Shown: positions 60,501-64,000 of the stretch, in pieces
Numbering within the stretch: the stretch's first letter is position 1
Layout: every line of letters starts with the position of its first letter
Source: Centroscyllium fabricii
Taxonomy: Eukaryota
Assembly (NCBI GenBank): GCA_051313645.2
Contig: JBNRSN020000029.1
Span: 44,578,001-44,642,000, forward strand
Reading direction: 5' to 3'
DNA length: 64,000 bases
Program-made: the position numbers and the translations under genes
Notes under the pieces: model-generated
Told to the model about the DNA's origin: nothing
The model's database searches: none
Seen by the model: the letters and a program-made list of their open reading frames with translations, nothing else

Positions 60501-62187
60501 TAAAGATAATGTGGCCCCGGACACTCTTACTCGAGCATTCTGCGCTGCTACATCACCCTCCACTCTCGCAGATATTCATGATGGATTATGTCATCCTGGT
60601 GTGACACGTATGTTACATTTTGTAAGGTCACGAAATCTCCCATTCTCAACCGGAGACATCAAGAAAATGTGTTCGGAATGCAGAACCTGTGCTGAGCTAA
60701 AACCCCACTTTTTCCGGCCCCCGGATGGTGTACTTATACATGCAACACAACCAATGCAATGACTAAGCATTGATTTTAAGGGCCCAGTACCCTCGTCCAC
60801 TAGGAACATATATCTGCTTACGATGGTTGACGAATATTCACGTTTCCCATTTGCCTTCCCCTGCTCTAATATGCTGTCTTCCACAGTAATCAATTGTCTC
60901 GAGCAGGTATTCACGCTCTGTGGCATGCCAGCTTACATCCATTCAGATCGGGGTCCATCTTTCATGTCCACTGAACTTAAGGACTACCTCTCGGAAAGAG
61001 GTATCGCGACAAGCAAAACAACACCATACCACCCCATCGGTAACGGGCAGGTAGAACGATATAATGGCATCATATGGAACTCTGTACGCCTTGCCCTGAA
61101 ATCCCAAGGTCTACCCAACCAGCAATGGGAGATGGTGTTACCAGATGCATTGCACTCCATACGGTCCTTGCTTTCCACAGCCACGAACACGACGCCTCAT
61201 GAACGGTTCTTCAGTTTCCAGCGTCGCTCATCGTATGGAGCATCACTCCCTTCATGGCTGACCACTCCAGGGCCCGTATTGCTCTGGAGATATGTCCGAA
61301 CCTCCAAGCATGACCCTCTTGTGGACGAGGTAGAACTAACGGAGGTCAACCCCACCTACGCTCACATACGACACCCTGACGGACGAGAGTCTACAGTATC
61401 GTTGCGGGAACTGGCACCCTGCCCATCAGGACCTAGAGGGTCATCTAGGGATAATACCCTACCGGGAACCTCCAGAGAACCACTGGGTACCACTCTTCAG
61501 GACCCCGATCAGGCACCAATGACCTTTGAGCCGGTAGGATCCCGCATTCGGAGCTTCGACTCACCTGGTACCTCATTCCAGGATGCTGCTCAATCCTCGA
61601 CTGACACGGAGCCCATAGGGGTTCGTACGCGGAGTCATGATCCTCCCAGTGCCCCTCGCCAAAATGGCAATGGGCCATCGACAAGCTTGGTACCTTCTCC
61701 CGACCAAGGGCAGATCAATTCTGAACCTGTTGGATCTCGCACACGGAGCCATGATTTCTACTACCCATCGCCGGGTAATCCAGGACATATTGGATTTAAC
61801 CCAGATTCGAAGACCCGCAAACGGCCCAGTAACTCAGACATTGACCATCAAGACAGTCTACCAACCCAAGAGAGCGAACTTAAATGTATGCGGCTCCTCC
61901 TCATACATCTGCTTCAGAATATTTGATTTCTGCCTCATAATCTTCTAGGAGGGAAGAATGTAATGATATTGAGACTTCCGGCAGGAAGTCAGATGAACTC
62001 TGCTTATGAACTTCCAGTGACATCACTTCCTGTACATGTCACTTCCTGTGTAGTAGTATAAATTCTGCTGCTATTCAGTCTGAGATAATGCTTCTCCATG
62101 TAAATATGTTAAAACTCTCAACTCTGTAAATAGCTGATTAAAGCTTTGCTTAAAGTATTTGATGTGTAAGTCGCTTTTGTCACATCA
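57582..62187 (+). mobile_element. Full-length Ty3/Gypsy (Mag-like) LTR retrotransposon B, nested in CR1
   Basis: 229-bp LTRs at 57582-57810 and 61959-62187 (2 differences). TG...CA termini. Perfect 5-bp TSD GTGCA. PPT AGGAGGGAAGAA. No TGG-type PBS. Confidence 0.97.
57889..61926 (+). pseudogene. Disrupted gag-pol of element B
   Basis: Gag with a double zinc knuckle, then a frameshift near 58880. Protease LIHSGS with the catalytic Asp lost. RT YLDN, then a frameshift or deletion near 60160. RNase H, an in-frame TGA at 60760, and the integrase DDE core. Confidence 0.93.
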
Positions 62188-63820
62188 GTGCATTTGCCAT
62201 GTATCTGCCCAATCCCCCAACCTGTCCAAATCGCATTGGAGTTTCTCGACATCCTTCTCACAGCATACCCTCCCACCCAGCTTTGTGTCATCTGCAAATT
62301 TGGAGATATTACATCCAATTCCCTCGTCCAGATCATTAATATATATTGTGAACAGCTGGGGTCCTAGGACCGATCCTTGTGGTACCCCACTAGTCACTGC
62401 CTGCCACTTGGAAAATGACCCGTTTATTCCAACTCTCTGTTTTCTATCTGCCAACCAGTTCTCTATCCAAGTCAATACCTTGCCCCCAATCCCATGAGCC
62501 TTAATTTTGCATGCTAATCTCTTATGAGAGACCTTATCAAAAGGTTTCTGAAAGTCCAAATACACCACATCTACTGGTTCTCCCCTATCTATTTTACCAG
62601 TTACATCCTCAAAAAATTCCAGTAGATTAGTCAAGCACGATTTACCTTTTGTAAATCCATGTTGACTCTGTCCAATCCCGTCACTATTGTTCAAGTGTAC
62701 TGCAATTACATCTTTAATAATGGACTCTAGCATTTTCCCCACTACCGATGTCAGGCTTACTGGTCTATAATTCCCCGTTTTTTCTCTACCCCCTTTTTTG
62801 AATAGTGGGGTAATGTTAGTCACCCTCCAATCTATGGGTACTGTTCCAGAGTCTATCGAGTTCTGGAAGATAATCAGCAATGCATCTGCTATCTCCAGGG
62901 CCACTTCCTTAAGTACCCTATAGATTATCAGGCCCTGGGGATTTGTTGGCCTTTAATCCCTTCAACTTCCCCAACACCATATTCCTACAAATACTGATTT
63001 CTATCAGTTCCTCCCTCTCATTAGTCCTTATGTTTCCCGACATCTCTGAGAGGTTATTTGTGTCCTCCTTTGTAAAGACAGAACCAAAATATGTAATTAA
63101 TTGGTCTGCCATTTCCTTGTTACCCATTATATATTCCCCTGATTCGGTCTGCTTGATTTCTCCAATATTTTCTTCTTAATATATCTATAAAAGCTTTGCA
63201 GTCAGTTTTTATGTTCGCCGCAAGCTTACTTTCATAATCTATTTCCCCCCTCTTAATTAATCCCTTTGCCCTCCTTTGCTGTATCCTAAACTGCTCCAAA
63301 TCCTCAGGTCTGTTGCTTTTTTTGGCCAATTTATATGCCCTCTCTTTCGATTTTATGTTATCTCTAATTTCCCTTGTTATCCACAGTTGAGTCACCTTTT
63401 TTGGTTTATTTTTATGCCAAACTGGTCTTAACAAGTTCTGTAATGCTTCCATTCAATCTTTGAATGTTTGCCATTGTCCATCCACCGTCAACCCCCCCGA
63501 GCGACACCACCCAATCAATCCTACCCAACTCGCGTCTCATACCATCATAGTACCCTTTACTTAAATTCAGGACCTTAGTCTCTGAGTCAATTTCTTCACT
63601 CTCCATCTTAAATGAGAATTCAATCATATTATGATTGCTCTGACCCAAGGGGCCTCATACAACAAGATTGCTAATTAATCCTTTCTCATTGCATAATACC
63701 CAGTCTAAGATGGCCTGATCCCGAGTTGGTTCCTCGACATATTGGTCCAGGAAACCATCTCCTATACACTCCAGGAATTCCTCCTCCTCCACAGTATTTT
63801 TACTAATTTGACTAGCCCAT

Positions 63821-64000
63821 GTGATATCTGTTTACAGAGCTGGGGACACAACCAGTAAAGGCAATGTGACGTTAGCAGTCTATCCCATTGAACCCTCAGT
63901 GCTCACTGCTGAAAGAGGAACATTATTTAACTGTTACTGTACTTGTCGCTTCGAAACAAGCTAAATATTGCCAGCAAATTGAAAAAAATTTATTAACAGT
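63821..64000 (+). pseudogene. Inverted, truncated paralog of Ig exon 2 (3' end) and intron 2
   Basis: GATATCTGTTTACAGAGCTGGGGACACAACCAGTAAAGGCAATGTGACGTTAGCAGTCTATCCC matches the reverse complement of ~48245-48462. The splice donor is deleted between CCC microhomologies. Confidence 0.88.

Larger units (their letters stand above)
56747..63819 (-). mobile_element. 5'-truncated CR1 LINE split by Gypsy element B (pieces 56747-57581 and 62193-63819)
   Basis: (CATAGAAA)n tail at 56747. Minus-strand ORF2 pieces NYRPVSLTS, GVPQGSVLGP, KFADD and LEYCVQF. The RT frame joins across the GTGCA TSD. Frameshifts and deletions upstream. Confidence 0.95.

Noticed and set aside
54400-61958. env-like or chromodomain additions after the integrases of elements A and B
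   Set aside because: The tails are Pro/Ser-rich low-complexity sequence running to the PPT, with no separate ORF, signal peptide, TM segment or chromodomain motif.

Overview
Eukaryotic, repeat-dominated DNA, probably from a cartilaginous fish; this is inferred from the CR1 LINE and Deu-SINE types. Bases 1-37.6 kb are a 25-bp satellite (GGATCAGTTTGTGTTATGGAGTGAG). It carries two copies of a ~1-kb solo LTR, duplicated together with the surrounding satellite, and a CR1 endonuclease fragment. Beyond it lie three full-length Ty3/Gypsy LTR retrotransposons: one CsRn1-like with a tRNA-Trp PBS, and two Mag-like. There are also CR1, L2 and RTEX-like LINE pieces, SINEs, a MITE and a 16-bp minisatellite. 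One intact 3-exon minus-strand gene encodes a 209-aa single-IgV type I membrane protein with a transmembrane Arg and a short tail, a candidate activating immune receptor; remnants of a rearranged paralog lie nearby. Most notable: both Mag-like elements have a YLDN rather than YxDD RT motif and no tRNA primer-binding site. In each, the PBS position is complementary to the element's own LTR poly(A)-signal region, with the same geometry despite unrelated sequences. This suggests a tRNA-independent self-priming or poly(A)-occlusion mechanism.
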